Shown: positions 26,479-38,354, counted from the first letter of the whole stretch. The stretch: DNA of 63,316 bases, filler included, from Octopus bimaculoides (GCF_001194135.2; 7 parts of 6 records of this genome joined end to end with filler, not necessarily neighbours in it); one strand, 5' to 3'. Numbers and translations: made by a program. The notes: generated by a model from the letters alone, not told the origin.

Positions 26479-27400
26479 AAAAGTCGACCTGGCATTTGAG
26501 CTCAGAATATAACAAAAGTCGACCTGGCATTTGAGCTCAGAATATAACAAAAGTCGACCTGGCATTTGAGCTCAGAATATAACAAAAGTCGACCTGGCAT
26601 TTGAGCTCAGAATATAACAAAAGTNNNNNNNNNNNNNNNNNNNNNNNNNNNNNNNNNNNNNNNNNNNNNNNNNNNNNNNNNNNNNNNNNNNNNNNNNNNN
26701 NNNNNNNNNNNNNNNNNNNNNNNNNNNNNNNNNNNNNNNNNNNNNNNNNNNNNNNNNNNNNNNNNNNNNNNNNNNNNNNNNNNNNNNNNNNNNNNNNNNN
26801 NNNNNNNNNNNNNNNNNNNNNNNNNNNNNNNNNNNNNNNNNNNNNNNNNNNNNNNNNNNNNNNNNNNNNNNNNNNNNNNNNNNNNNNNNNNNNNNNNNNN
26901 NNNNNNNNNNNNNNNNNNNNNNNNNNNNNNNNNNNNNNNNNNNNNNNNNNNNNNNNNNNNNNNNNNNNNNNNNNNNNNNNNNNNNNNNNNNNNNNNNNNN
27001 NNNNNNNNNNNNNNNNNNNNNNNNNNNNNNNNNNNNNNNNNNNNNNNNNNNNNNNNNNNNNNNNNNNNNNNNNNNNNNNNNNNNNNNNNNNNNNNNNNNN
27101 NNNNNNNNNNNNNNNNNNNNNNNNNNNNNNNNNNNNNNNNNNNNNNNNNNNNNNNNNNNNNNNNNNNNNNNNNNNNNNNNNNNNNNNNNNNNNNNNNNNN
27201 NNNNNNNNNNNNNNNNNNNNNNNNNNNNNAGTCGACCTGGCATTTGAGCTCAGAATATAACAAAAGTCGACCTGGCATTTGAGCTCAGAATATAACAAAA
27301 GTCGACCTGGCATTTGAGCTCAGAATATAACAAAAGTCGACCTGGCATTTGAGCTCAGAATATAACAAAAGTCGACCTGGCGTTTGAGCTCAGAATATAA
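26479..27400. repeat. 35-bp minisatellite (aaaagtcgacctggcatttgagctcagaatataac) spanning an N gap, derived from an internal segment of SINE family A
   Basis: Four identical units plus a partial unit lie before the gap and about five after. The flanks continue as the minus-strand SINE A sequence (…tactcaactggtactt…atcctaaaagggtg | agcactgaaagaaatgtcactaagcattttgcc). Confidence 0.92.
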
Positions 27401-27588
27401 AGCACTGAAAGAAATGTCACTAAGCATTTTGCCTAGAATGTTTATGATTCTGCCAGCTTGCCACCTTTAGGCTACTGGTAATAGTAAGTAGAACAACTAC
27501 TTAGAGGCCCCCTTTTTCGCTGACTTGCCTTAGCTGACTTAGTAATTATTGGTCACATTCAATAACATATGCATTTGACACATTCACA

Positions 27589-27647
<59 letters not shown>

Positions 27648-28872
27648 TTACAGCTGTTAATATTGAATAATCAATTATTCCCAATGCACAATGGTCAGAT
27701 ACTATCAAGAAGAATATAACCTGGTTACATTTTTCTTCTTTATTCATCATTTCCACTACCACTACCATCACCAGTATCACTGCCATTGCCACCACTACCA
27801 ATGCTGATGTCTCCACCACCACCGCTGCTACCACTACCACCACCAACAACAACAGCAACAACAATAGTACCACCACCATAACCACCACCACCACCACCAC
27901 CACCACCATAACCACTACTACCATAACCATCACCACCTTCACCTCCACTGCCACCAACAACAATAGTATACAATCACCACCACCACCACCACCACTAGTT
28001 TTGTAATCAATTCTGTGTCCATTTTCCCGTACTGTGCCAATTCAGTACCGATGCTGAAATATTTCGTATCATGCAGTTACAAAATGAAGTACAGCTGAGC
28101 TCAGTTCAGTTCATTCTCAACTGCAGATCATGCCAGCTCTTACAAAAACAGCATGATTCATGTTAGAGTTATAAAAATTGTGTGTGTGTATGTATGTGTC
28201 TGCGTGCATGTGCATGTGTACATGTCTGTAGTGAAATTTAGTAGTTGGAAACTGTGTGGAAGCCCACTGAGTATATATATATATATATATATATATAAAT
28301 TAACAATGAGGAGAATAGAGATTTATATATTCAATTTTATTCTGCTCTCAATATTTACTGATGTGAAGATCTACTATGGATAGTAAAATAAACCAACTGG
28401 AGTTTCTCTACATTCATGGAGGTTAGCCAGTTAATATAGTACCTACCAACCTATATATATATATATATAAATATATATATATATATCTATATATATATGT
28501 ATATATATANNNNNNNNNNNNNNNNNNNNNNNNNNNNNNNNNNNNNNNNNNNNNNNNNNNNNNNNNNNNNNNNNNNNNNNNNNNNNNNNNNNNNNNNNNN
28601 NNNNNNNNNNNNNNNNNNNNNNNNNNNNNNNNNNNNNNNNNNNNNNNNNNNNNNNNNNNNNNNNNNNNNNNNNNNNNNNNNNNNNNNNNNNNNNNNNNNN
28701 NNNNNNNNNNNNNNNNNNNNNNNNNNNNNNNNNNNNNNNNNNNNNNNNNNNNNNNNNNNNNNNNNNNNNNNNNNNNNNNNNNNNNNNNNNNNNNNNNNNN
28801 NNNNNNNNNNNNNNNNNNNNNNNNNNNNNNNNNNNNNNNNNNNNNNNNNNNNNNNNNNNNNNNNNNNNNNNN

Positions 28873-28939
<67 letters not shown>

Positions 28940-29033
28940 ATAATAATATTAAGGATAAAAATCCTAATTTACAGGGGGAAATTCAATTTAATTTAATTTA
29001 TCAAAATTTAGATTAAATTAAATTTCACAATAT

Positions 29034-29301
29034 ATAATTGGAGAAAAAAACCACAACTATTGAATTCATCCATGAAGATCCATAATCACATATAGAAAAA
29101 TTTAATAAGTAAATACACTAAAAAGACCTACAATAAAAATCCCAAAAGTACAAGCTAATAAATTATTTTATTATTCTAATATTTATTACTTTGTGCTTTT
29201 TTGATTTTTATTATAGTGTATTTACTTATTAAATTTTTCTATATGTAATTGTGGATTTTCATGGATGAATTCAATAAGTGTGGGTTTTTTCTCAAAATTA
29301 T
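29034..29301. repeat. ~270-bp imperfect palindrome (arms 29034-29153 / 29191-29301) abutting a Penelope fragment
   Basis: attgaattcatccatgaagatcc...tagaaaaatttaataagtaaatacacta is the reverse complement of tagtgtatttacttattaaatttttcta...ttcatggatgaattcaat. Confidence 0.88.
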
Positions 29302-29308
29302 ATATATA

Positions 29309-29684
29309 TACATCACCTCCAATCACCCAAAACATACAAAGACAAACATTCCCTTCAACCTTGTGAGAAGAATTTGCACAATTGTCTCTAATTATAGAAC
29401 TTGAAATAAAAGACTCGAAGAACTAAAGGCAATTCTCCTCGAAAGACATTACCCAGCATCATTAGTTGACAATGGAATAGAACGGGCCAAGGCAATTGCT
29501 ACCCATGACCTGCGAAAACCGAAACACATACACGGCACGTTAAATAGTCTCCCATATCTCTCAACACACAATCCTAGAAATGCAGAAGCTTACACAATAA
29601 TATACAAAAACATCCCACTACTGAATCAAGACCCACGTCTAAAAAGAGTACTCGCAACCCATAAAATAATAAAAAGCAAAAGAC
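29309..29684 (+). mobile_element. Penelope-like element, RT thumb/linker remnant
   Basis: YITSNHPKHTKTNIPFNLVRRICTIVSN...RLEELKAILLERHYPASLVDNGIERAK contains the PLE HP-H-K-NIPF-LA-RI signature. Confidence 0.85.
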
Positions 29685-29784
29685 NNNNNNNNNNNNNNNN
29701 NNNNNNNNNNNNNNNNNNNNNNNNNNNNTTAATTAATTAANNNNNNNNNNNNNNNNNNNNNNNNNNNNNNNNNNNNNNNNNNNN

Positions 29785-30150
29785 GATGACAACGTTTCCC
29801 TAAAAGAAATGGAAAAACTTTCAAAATACAAAGACCTGGAAATAGAGGTAACTTGAATGTGGAATCTAAAGACAGAAACAATTCCTATCATAGTAGGTGC
29901 CTTAGGTATAATAAAAAAATATTCAGACAAATACATAACGAAAACACCGGGACTTACAAATATATATAACATACAGAAAATTGCACTACTGGGCACTGCA
30001 CACATCCTACTCAAAACACTTTCAATACAGTAACCATAAGAGCATCACAGCAAACCACAGCACATACCCAAGGCACACAGAGCTGCGCTCGGTAGTGAAA
30101 TGAAAGCATGTTATAAAAATAAAACTACTGAACAATAATAATAATAAGAA
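29785..30150 (+). mobile_element. R4/Dong-type LINE 3' end with 3' UTR and (AAT)n tail
   Basis: DDNVSLKEMEKLSKYKDLEIEVT*MWNLKTETIPIIVGALGIIKK...IQKIALLGTAHIL is the C-terminus of a restriction-like endonuclease. It ends aacaataataataataag. Confidence 0.85.
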
Positions 30151-30216
30151 GAATCCTTTCTACTATAGGCACAAGGCTGGAAATTTGGGGGAGGGAACTA
30201 GTCAATTACATCGACC

Positions 30217-30570
30217 ACAAAGGGTTTACATAAGAAAAACACCAAACACAATGTGGGGTTAGATGAAAGTCGTGTAACAATGAAAAAAAAAATCCAACAT
30301 AACAAGAAAATTTCCCCCAAAGGGAGACTCGCAGGACTACTCATGAAAACCCAAAAGTCCACAACAGTTCTGACCACCAGGGTAAGTGACCTTTCCACTT
30401 TGTCTACTAGTGCATGCTTAGAGTAGGCCCATTCACTCGGACCATTCCTGCGACATTCACCCACTTTTTAACAAAATTGCTGGGGGCAAGAACTTCCCAC
30501 TCCACCCTCACTTTCCTTTTCAAGTGAAGCTTGAAAAAGCTGATGAGGGCTTTTATTAGCTATTGGGGCG
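30217..30570 (-). mobile_element. Short Tx1/L1-clade LINE 3' fragment, with its tail joined to a SINE A remnant at 30216/30217
   Basis: KALISFFKLHLKRKVRVEWEVLAPSNFVKKWVNVAGMVRVNGPTL parallels the C-terminus of the adjacent long copy. Confidence 0.7.
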
Positions 30571-30579
30571 TAGATGAAG

Positions 30580-33500
30580 GGGATATCACAAGGACAGATT
30601 AATTGTGTGCAGATTCACATAAAAGAAATGGAAAAGGCAATGAAATACTATACAATATAGATAGTATACAAAGTATGTGATAGCATGAATGATGCAGTCC
30701 TCCTGATGCAGGAGAAACTCCAGCTAGGGCCAGCCAAGGAACCCCTTATATCCAGGGTTACCCTGATCACAAAAGGTACAAGCCCTCTCTCCTGCTGTCC
30801 AATCTACAGGTGCATACTTGCAGAGTACGGCCGTTCACTCTAACCATTTTTGCCACAGTAACTCATATTTTCTCAAATTCACTGGTAAGTAGAACTTTCC
30901 TCTCCATCCTCACTTTCTTTTCCAAGTGGAACTTAAAAAAGTCGATGAGAGCTTGACTGAAGAAGATATCCATCCTCGATCTTTTCAGCCTCGCACACCA
31001 AACGATCTCTTTCGTCATAACCATTAGACAGAGGAACACTGCTTGGCTTGTCTTGTTAAAGATGGGTGATGGGGAGATACAATGGATTTGGTTGATAGTC
31101 AAATTCGTTCAACACGCGATAACAGCTGTTCGGCATAACTGTACAAGTCAGCGATACTCGGACACTGCATGAGAACGGTTTCGTTGCTCTGCGCGTATCT
31201 CGGGCAGTCCAACCAGCCAGCTCCTCAGTAGCACTGCCAGGCCAGGAATTTCTGGAAGTTAAACATGGTAGCTCCGGTCCCGAAAGGCCTCTGAGATAGA
31301 TCAAGTAGTTCATCCATGTCGAGAACGTCATCGCTCTAAGGCACCACTAGATTTCTATATATAGCTATCGTAGAACTTCCACTGACCGTATTACCTGACG
31401 ACTTTCCAGATACCTGACTCATAATCATGGTCTTTTCTTGACCCAAGATTGTAGCTCTGTCAAAGAGATGAGCTGAGAAAAGGGATGTCTTACAAACGGA
31501 AACTACACCGGTTCAGCGTCAAGGAAAATCTATAAGTTGGGTAGCCGCAAGAACATGTCTGTGCATTATCAGCTATGATATTTCATGCCCAAGCTCGGCA
31601 TCCAGAAGGTGCTGGCAACAGGTGAACTGCCTGGTCAGTGGAAGGTACTTTCCACAGGAAACGGAAAAGTAAACGCCTCAGTTCGGTCAAACATGGATGG
31701 GGGCAAGGTAGAATGGTTAGACGGTAAGTTATTAATTAGGCGATGTGCGCATTCGCTACCTCTGCTCGACCTTTCAGTGATAATTTTCTCTCGGCCTATT
31801 TCTGAGTGAGACTGGCCACCCATTTTATAACCTCGTTCCAGTTCTTGTCCACCTGAAGTTTTGGGCCAAACCAGACACCGACAATTTCACTGGTCCGTCT
31901 GTCCACCGATCTACTATACTGTTCCTTGACAGAGACTTGCCTCTCCAGTTGCCGAGCTGCAAGGCTATCAACTTGTTCAGATTAATCTTAGTTCCTGCCA
32001 GCGAATCGTATTCCTTTAAAATAGAATCGACTTCCCGAATTTACGTAGTGTCTGACACGATGTCGTCCGCATATGTCGATATAGCTCTGCTCCATTTTAC
32101 CACTAAGCAACTTTTACCACTAAGCAAACGCCAGTGTGTATTGCTGTGATCCAGCCACTGAAAACAGGTTCGAAACCGACTGTTTTTAGGACTATGGCGA
32201 AGTAGCGATGGTCGACACTATCGAAGGTTTTTGGGTGATCCAAATTCATAAGAACCCCTCCGATGCAACCCATTCCCCCTAAGATGTAACGCATGAAGTG
32301 GTGGTTGTCGTAGATGGATCTATTGGGGATCAAGCCATTCATAAGCGCCAGCCTCTTTGCAAATATCTTGACCAAAAATTTAAACTCTGCATTTAGCAGG
32401 GTTATGATCCGGAAATTGTTTATACTATCCTCTTTATTGGTGTCCTTTTCCAGCAAAGTTATTTCACTTCGGCTAACAAATCTGGGAATTCTCCCGTTTT
32501 GGTGTCAGTTGTGACAGACGTTTGCCAGATCAATAAGCAGTTCTGGCACATAACCATAGGATTCATAAAGCATACCATTCAAAGCAGGCGACTTGTCTAT
32601 TGTGGAACCACTCAATACTTTTTGTATTTCAGTTGCTGTTAATGGGCTTTCGCACCGCCAGGCCTCTTCTTCCGAGAGTTGCAAAGGGCCGTTGAGCTAG
32701 ATATTAAAGTCCATAAATCTCTGTGGCCTATCGTTTTCTCCGAAAAGTCGAGCAAATTGCTGTTAGAAGGCTACACACATTTGCTTGGAATCATGCTGCA
32801 CGCGCCCATTCTGATCTTTCAGAGACTAAATTATGGCTTTCTAGCCACGTTGCGCTCCCGCCACTCGAGCCCATCGGACGGTTTTCGTTCTTTCTTGTTT
32901 TAGGCACGAACTATATCCCTGACAAATCAGCCTTCGTGTTTCACTTTGAAGAAATGTCGAGGGCTATTCTTGCCGCTAGAACATTGGTCGTGATGCTACT
33001 TTTAATTGCCTCTTCTTTAGTAACTAGCTCGTCTTCTAATTTATTTTTCTATATCACTTGCTTTTTACTAAATATTATTGACGAATATTTAATTGCTACT
33101 TGACGGTCCCCCACCACCTGTTATTCACTATTACCCTGTAGTGGGAATATATATTCAGTACCAGGTGTTGATGTTGGTGCGTGTATATTATTACAAGAGT
33201 TCATATAGAGATGAAAAATAAATTCAAGAACTATATATTTACTACATAGAAATACATTTTATTTACTGGTCGATGATGATACATAATCAAAATGTAGAAA
33301 CTAGTTGAATGAAGTAATCTATGCAAGAAAGTTCAGAGATAGGACATATAGAAATAACAGCTAAGTGGTGACTTTCAGCTATGTGGCGTAGAGAAATAGA
33401 CGGACATAGTAATGACGTAAATAGCTCTAAGTATAATCGACTAAGAAGCGAAGAACAGGGTTAGCAAACTGTTTTTATTAATGGAACGCTAGACATTCTA

Positions 33501-34830
33501 GAAACTTCCAAGAGAAACGCTAAGCTTCTTGAATAATTAAGAACCACGTCTCATGACACAAATGCTTCGAGACACTTAGTAAAGGGAGGTTACTTTAAAT
33601 TCTTTCTTGCAAGGGTGATCATTCAACTATTTAGCTACATAGACCACTACAACCCCATGTCAAATGTCTCTTAACTGGCTCACTAATCCAGTCTTTGTAA
33701 TCTTTCACGTCGGGAAAGACGCGTTTGTTGGGTTCTGTCTATGAATCCTATCTAAAGCGACTGTGAAGATCTGTGTAGCCAATCAATTTGTATTGTGACA
33801 CTCTAACATAGTTAACCTAACAAATACTCTATGTACGATCTGGAAGATACAACGTGTCTGTTCTAAGTCCACATTTGGAAAATTCAGTGGGTACCTGTCA
33901 GACAGTTGGAAACCTCCAAGTATGTTTTCGAGTTTCTTGCACCTCCTTCTATAGGTTAATGGTACACAATAGTATTGTGCGTCCAAAATACCATTCCAAT
34001 CCTCTACTAGTACTAAAGAACGATATGTTCCTAGGAAAGACCACAAGGTGACTACGTTTTATAGTTGTTAAACATTGGGCTCAGTGCGTGAGTCCCAGAA
34101 ACCTTGGCTTCAGTAACGGTTACCACATCTAAGCCAAATTATCTGAGGTCATTGAGCAAGTGAACTTCCTTCTAAGCTGACCCCAGACCACGTACATTGT
34201 ATACCCTAATTTGTGTGCCACCATATTTATTATTAAAAATAAAGAGAGGGGTTACTCACCTACGTCGGTTCGATTCATTTCAAGTGACGGATGGTCTGTA
34301 TTCTTTTGAGGCACGTGTCCCTTGAAAGACCCTTATAATAAATATTTATTTATTGATTTTTTTTGAAAATCTCTATACCTCCTCGGAATTTATCTAAGAA
34401 AGTGCAATAAATTTGATTTGTTTTTATTAGTGCTCCCGTTAGGCGGTTTAGAGGATGAAGTTTTCTAATTCCTTTTCTGTTATTATTTCGTCATTGTAAT
34501 GTTTTTCAATGTAGTCCATTCACTCCTTGTTTTTGTTTATCACGATGAAATTCACTACGTTTTCTACTTGAGTGTTTCATTGAGTTTGTTGTGTTTGTTG
34601 TGTTTTTTATGTTTCTTGTGTTTGTGACTTCATGTTGTTGTGCCATGTGTTTTCTTGTTGTGCTTGTGTTTTCTTCTTGTTGGTTGTACAGAACACAGGA
34701 GAAAGTTTGGTGGTTGTAATGATGGTTTTGTGGTCTGTTGTGTTTTGCTGTTCTTGGTGTTCTTTCTGTGCATGTGACAATTTGGAGGAGTTTTGATGGT
34801 GTCGGCAGGTAGAGACGTACAAAAAGTTAC
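30580..34830 (-). mobile_element. Degenerate Tx1/L1-clade LINE (APE endonuclease, RT, C-terminus; probable ORF1 remnant at 34260-34830)
   Basis: The ATG at 34224 reads MVAHKLG-NVRGL. Endonuclease motifs SLVLVEDWNGILDA...YLDRVFVR-like; RT motifs FRIITLLNAEFKFLVK, LDHPKTFDSVDH and YADD (~32060); C-terminus FFKFHLEKKVRMERK. Many stops and frameshifts. Confidence 0.88.
33137..33651 (-). mobile_element. Solo LTR (515 bp) inserted in the Tx1 ORF2
   Basis: Termini TGTAGTGG...CCACTACA (8-bp inverted repeat, TG..CA) with a 4-bp TSD ACCC at 33133-33136 and 33652-33655. AATAAA lies on the minus strand at 33258-33263. Removing the LTR restores GVIVNNRWW in the LINE. Confidence 0.78.
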
Positions 34831-34899
34831 TTAAACAGTAGGATAATTCAAGAACAGAGCAAGTAGGTGAAAAGAAAAGGAATTATTACATGGCCAGTC

Positions 34900-35534
34900 C
34901 ATGCAACAAACCGATGATGTTGGACGTAAAGAACACTAAGTATAGCTGACGGACGGAAACCTGAAACGAGAGATCAAAGCGCTAATTATAGCTCTTGTGG
35001 AACAAGCCATTCGGACGAATTTTATGCAGGTAAAGATCGACAAAACTCAATCAGACAGCAAATGTAGAATAAGCGGAAAGGAAACGAAAGTACCTATCGT
35101 TTCTTGAATGAATGCAGAAAGCTAACACAAATAATATAAGCACATGATTATGTCGGTAAGAGAGGACATTGAGATATTAGCCGAGCTTGTAGATTCAAAA
35201 TGATATGAAAATGGCATGAGTACGAATCAGAGTCTGATAAAAAATAAAAATTACAGGAACTTATGAGACTTCCCCATAAAGTCTGACCATGTTATTACAA
35301 AAGCAAAAAGACCGGATATGATTATAGAGACAAAATAAACATAGCAAGATCGTAGATTTTGCAATTTCCTATGATAATAGAATAGATGCTAAAGAAATGG
35401 AAAAAAAAAAATGAGAAATATCAAGACCAAGCCACAGCAATAGAGACTGAAAGGCTAACACAACGATTATTCCTGTGGTAATTGGAGCACATGGCAGAAC
35501 ATCTAAAATGCTACCTAAAAGACTGGAATTAGAG

Positions 35535-35537
<3 letters not shown>
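34900..35537 (+). mobile_element. R4/Dong-type LINE 3' fragment no. 1
   Basis: Frameshifted LTDGNLKREIKALIIA-EQAIRTN...KIDKTQSDSKCR...KRPD...IVDFAISYDNRIDAKEMEK...IIPVVIGAHG, followed by (AAT)n(AAG)n. Confidence 0.75.
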
Positions 35538-35633
<96 letters not shown>

Positions 35634-35652
35634 AAGAAGAAGAAGAAGAAAA
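35538..35652. repeat. Compound (AAT)n-(AAG)n microsatellite
   Basis: Direct reading: a run of aat triplets followed directly by a run of aag triplets. Confidence 0.97.
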
Positions 35653-35654
35653 AG

Positions 35655-35995
35655 AATCGGAAAAATGCAATATTTTATGGGATACTCTTATTCAAACGGA
35701 AAAGAAGCTACAAAATAATAGACTTGCCAGAACAATAATGGACAAGAAAAAGCGAAGTTGCTTACTAATTGATCCATCAAGTCCGTTTGATTCCAGGATT
35801 GTAAAGGTAGAGGATGACAAAAAAAAAACAAGAACAGCAAAAAACAAAATAAAACAATTTGAAATTACAATAATTTGATAAAAAAAACTGTAAAGGCTTT
35901 GCCTGTAATAATTGGTGCCTTGGGAACTCTAAGTAAAAATATAAACATATGGTTGAAAGTGATTGAAATAGAATGTTGTGTAGAGTTTCCGAAGA
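35655..35995 (+). mobile_element. R4/Dong-type LINE 3' fragment no. 2
   Basis: CNILWDTLIQTEKKLQNNR...MDKKKRSCLLIDPSSPFDSRI...ALPVIIGALGTLSK. Confidence 0.75.
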
Positions 35996-36049
35996 AAAAT
36001 TGATAGGCAAGGGTGACATCGGCCGAATTGGACTCAGAATGTCGCTGAG

Positions 36050-36305
36050 CCTTCCCACCAGAAATTACCAAAAACATGTAATGAAAAGCATTACAAATAA
36101 CTGCAGAATATGTAGAGATAGAGAAGAAGCAATAAATCATATTGTCTCTGGCTGCCTAGTCCTGGTTAAGAAGGAATATATTCACAGACACGACTGAGTT
36201 GGGACCTATATAGACTGGAAGTTAAGTCAACACCATGGAATAACCACAGAAAAAGATGGCATAGGCACACGCTAGAAAAGGTCTCAGAAAATGAGAAAGC
36301 AACCG
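36050..36305 (+). mobile_element. R4/Dong-type LINE fragment no. 3 (CCHC zinc knuckle)
   Basis: LPTRNYQKHVMKSITNNCRICRDREEAINHIVSGCLVLVKKEYIHRHD*VG...WHRHTLEKVSENEK. Confidence 0.85.
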
Positions 36306-36499
36306 TCTTTCTTTTTCCCTTCTTTTCCCTGTCTTTCTTCTCCTTTTTTCTATCACATGACGTTGAAAATGAACAATCTGGTGTGTTTATTTTGATGGCC
36401 TACCAATGTATACAGTGAGTTCCTTTGCCTTAGGTGTTGAGAAAACACTCGGCAAGAAATGTAAACAAAATTGAAGGAAGATGATAATAATAATGATAA

Positions 36500-37810
36500 T
36501 AAGACAAAAAGGAAAAAAAAAGCATAGAAGGAAAAGATGTACGGTCAGGTTGCAAGAGACGTTATCGCCAAACGGATACAGAGAACCGGTGCCTATGGAT
36601 GAGGAGTGACTTGAAGATAGGGACAGAAGCACTCATACGCGCAGCTCAAGAACAAGCGATAAGAACCAACTTTGTGAAATGCAGAATAGACAATACTACT
36701 GACAGCGATAAATGCAGAATGTGTGGTGAGAGGGGAGAAACGGTATGGCACATCGTTTGTGAATGCCCGAAATTGGCACAACGCGAATAGAAAAGACGCC
36801 ACGACAATGTGGCAAGAATGATTCATTGAGAGGTCTGTGGAAAATACTGCCTACAAAGTGCAAAGACGAGGTATGAGCAAACCCCAGAAGGAGTCACCGT
36901 GAATGAGAATTGTAAAATCCTGTGGGATGTCATGATACAGTGCGATCACCTGACCAGACATCGGAAACCGGATATTGTTGTAGTGAATAAGAAAAGAAAG
37001 AACATATATGATAATCGACATAGCATGCCCCGGTGACAACAGGAACAATGTGAAAGAAGAAGAAGTGGGAAATAGGAAGGGTGTAGTCAATGAAGTGGGA
37101 AATAGGAAGGGTGTAGTCAATGAAGACAGTAGACGTGATACCAACAGTAATTGGTGCACTTGGAAGTATCAGCACTCAATTACCAACATGGCTGACAAAA
37201 ACAGGTGCAAGTGTGAAGGTAGAACACCTACAAAAATCAGCATTGCTTGGAACTGTAAGAATTCTTCGCAGGCCTCTTGAAGCATGACCAGTAAACAAGT
37301 GTCACCTTAGTCTGCTGGCTGTGGATAGCTGACACTTCCCATCATGTTGGCACTCCGTCGCTTACGACGTCGAGGGTTCCAGTTGATCCGATCAACGGAA
37401 CAGCCTGCTCGTGAAATTACCGTGCAAGTGGCTGAGCACTCCACAGACACGTGTACCCTTAACGTAGTTCTCGGGGATATTCAGCGTGACACAGTGTGAC
37501 AAGGCTGACCCTTTGAATTACAGGCACAACAGAAACAGGAAGTAAGAGTGAGAGAAAGTTGTGGTGGAAGAGTACAGCAGGGTTCGCCACCATCCCCTGC
37601 CGGAGCCTCGTGGAGTTTTAGGTGTTTTCGCTCAATAAACACTCACAACGCCCAGTCTGGGAATCGAAACCGCGATCCTATGCCCGCGAGTCGGCTGCCC
37701 AAACCACTGGGCGATTGCGCCTCCACACTTCCCATCATACTCAAGAAAATAAACTGCGAGATTTTATCACATAATAATAATGATGATGATGATAATAATA
37801 ATAATGTAAT
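36500..37810 (+). mobile_element. R4/Dong-type LINE 3' fragment no. 4 (best preserved; CCHC plus PD-D restriction-like endonuclease), with a SINE inserted in its 3' UTR
   Basis: DLKIGTEALIRAAQEQAIRTN...CRMCGERGETVWHIVCECPKLAQRE*KRRHDNVA...ENCKILWDVMIQCDH...RKPDIVVVNKK...IDIACPGD...VIGALG...LQKSALLGTVRILRR. It starts after (AAT)n and ends in (AAT/GAT)n. Confidence 0.92.
37346..37724 (-). mobile_element. Full-length tRNA-headed SINE family D with a 14-bp TSD
   Basis: acacttcccatcat is duplicated at 37332-37345 and 37725-37738. The minus-strand head gtggaggcgcaatcgcccagtgg...gcggtttcgattccc is A/B-box-like, and CpGs are largely intact. Confidence 0.9.
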
Positions 37811-37825
37811 AATAATAATAAATAA

Positions 37826-38170
37826 CGGCTTTAAGATCACAGGCTTAGCAATACTATGTGATAATAGAGTGGATATTAAAGAAAGTAAAAAGAAGTAAGA
37901 AAAAAACAGGGCTTACCTAGAGAGATCAAAAAATTGTGGAACGTAAAGGTGAGAATTGCTCCTACCATAATTAGTGCAGTCGTACAGTACCCAAACTGCT
38001 ACTTAAAAAGCTGAAGGATACTGGAATTAAGACCCGCATTGTAGAACTGCAGAAAAGTGCTACTCTGTATTCTGCAAGAGTTCTAAGAAAGCTTTTTGGG
38101 ACTTACGGAGTCTTCTCGTTTCCAATTCTCAGGGTAGAATTACCGCTAAATAAATTAGTATGTAATAGTT
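37826..38170 (+). mobile_element. R4/Dong-type LINE 3' fragment no. 5
   Basis: Begins directly after (AAT)n and reads AILCDNRVDIKESKKK*EK...REIKKLWNVKVRIAPTII...IVELQKSATLYSARVLRK. Confidence 0.75.
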
Positions 38171-38217
38171 TTAATGATGATTATCGTGAAAGTGTCGGAT
38201 AAAATGACCTGTAGTGT

Positions 38218-38219
<2 letters not shown>

Positions 38220-38273
<54 letters not shown>

Positions 38274-38297
38274 CCTATCTATCTGTCTATCTGTCTG

Positions 38298-38354
<57 letters not shown>

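Noticed and set aside
26479-27400. 35-bp identical repeats resembling a CRISPR array
   Set aside because: There are no spacers (units are head-to-tail), no cas genes, the context is eukaryotic, and the unit derives from a SINE.
34946-34967. CTGACGG-ACGGAAACCT-GAAAC hammerhead look-alike
   Set aside because: It lies in the Dong coding frame (LTDGNLKRE), lacks A9, and has no stem I or III, so it is a coding coincidence.
37660-37726. tRNA-like sequence (also at the heads of SINE A and B)
   Set aside because: It has A/B boxes but no complete cloverleaf and continues into SINE bodies, so these are not tRNA genes.
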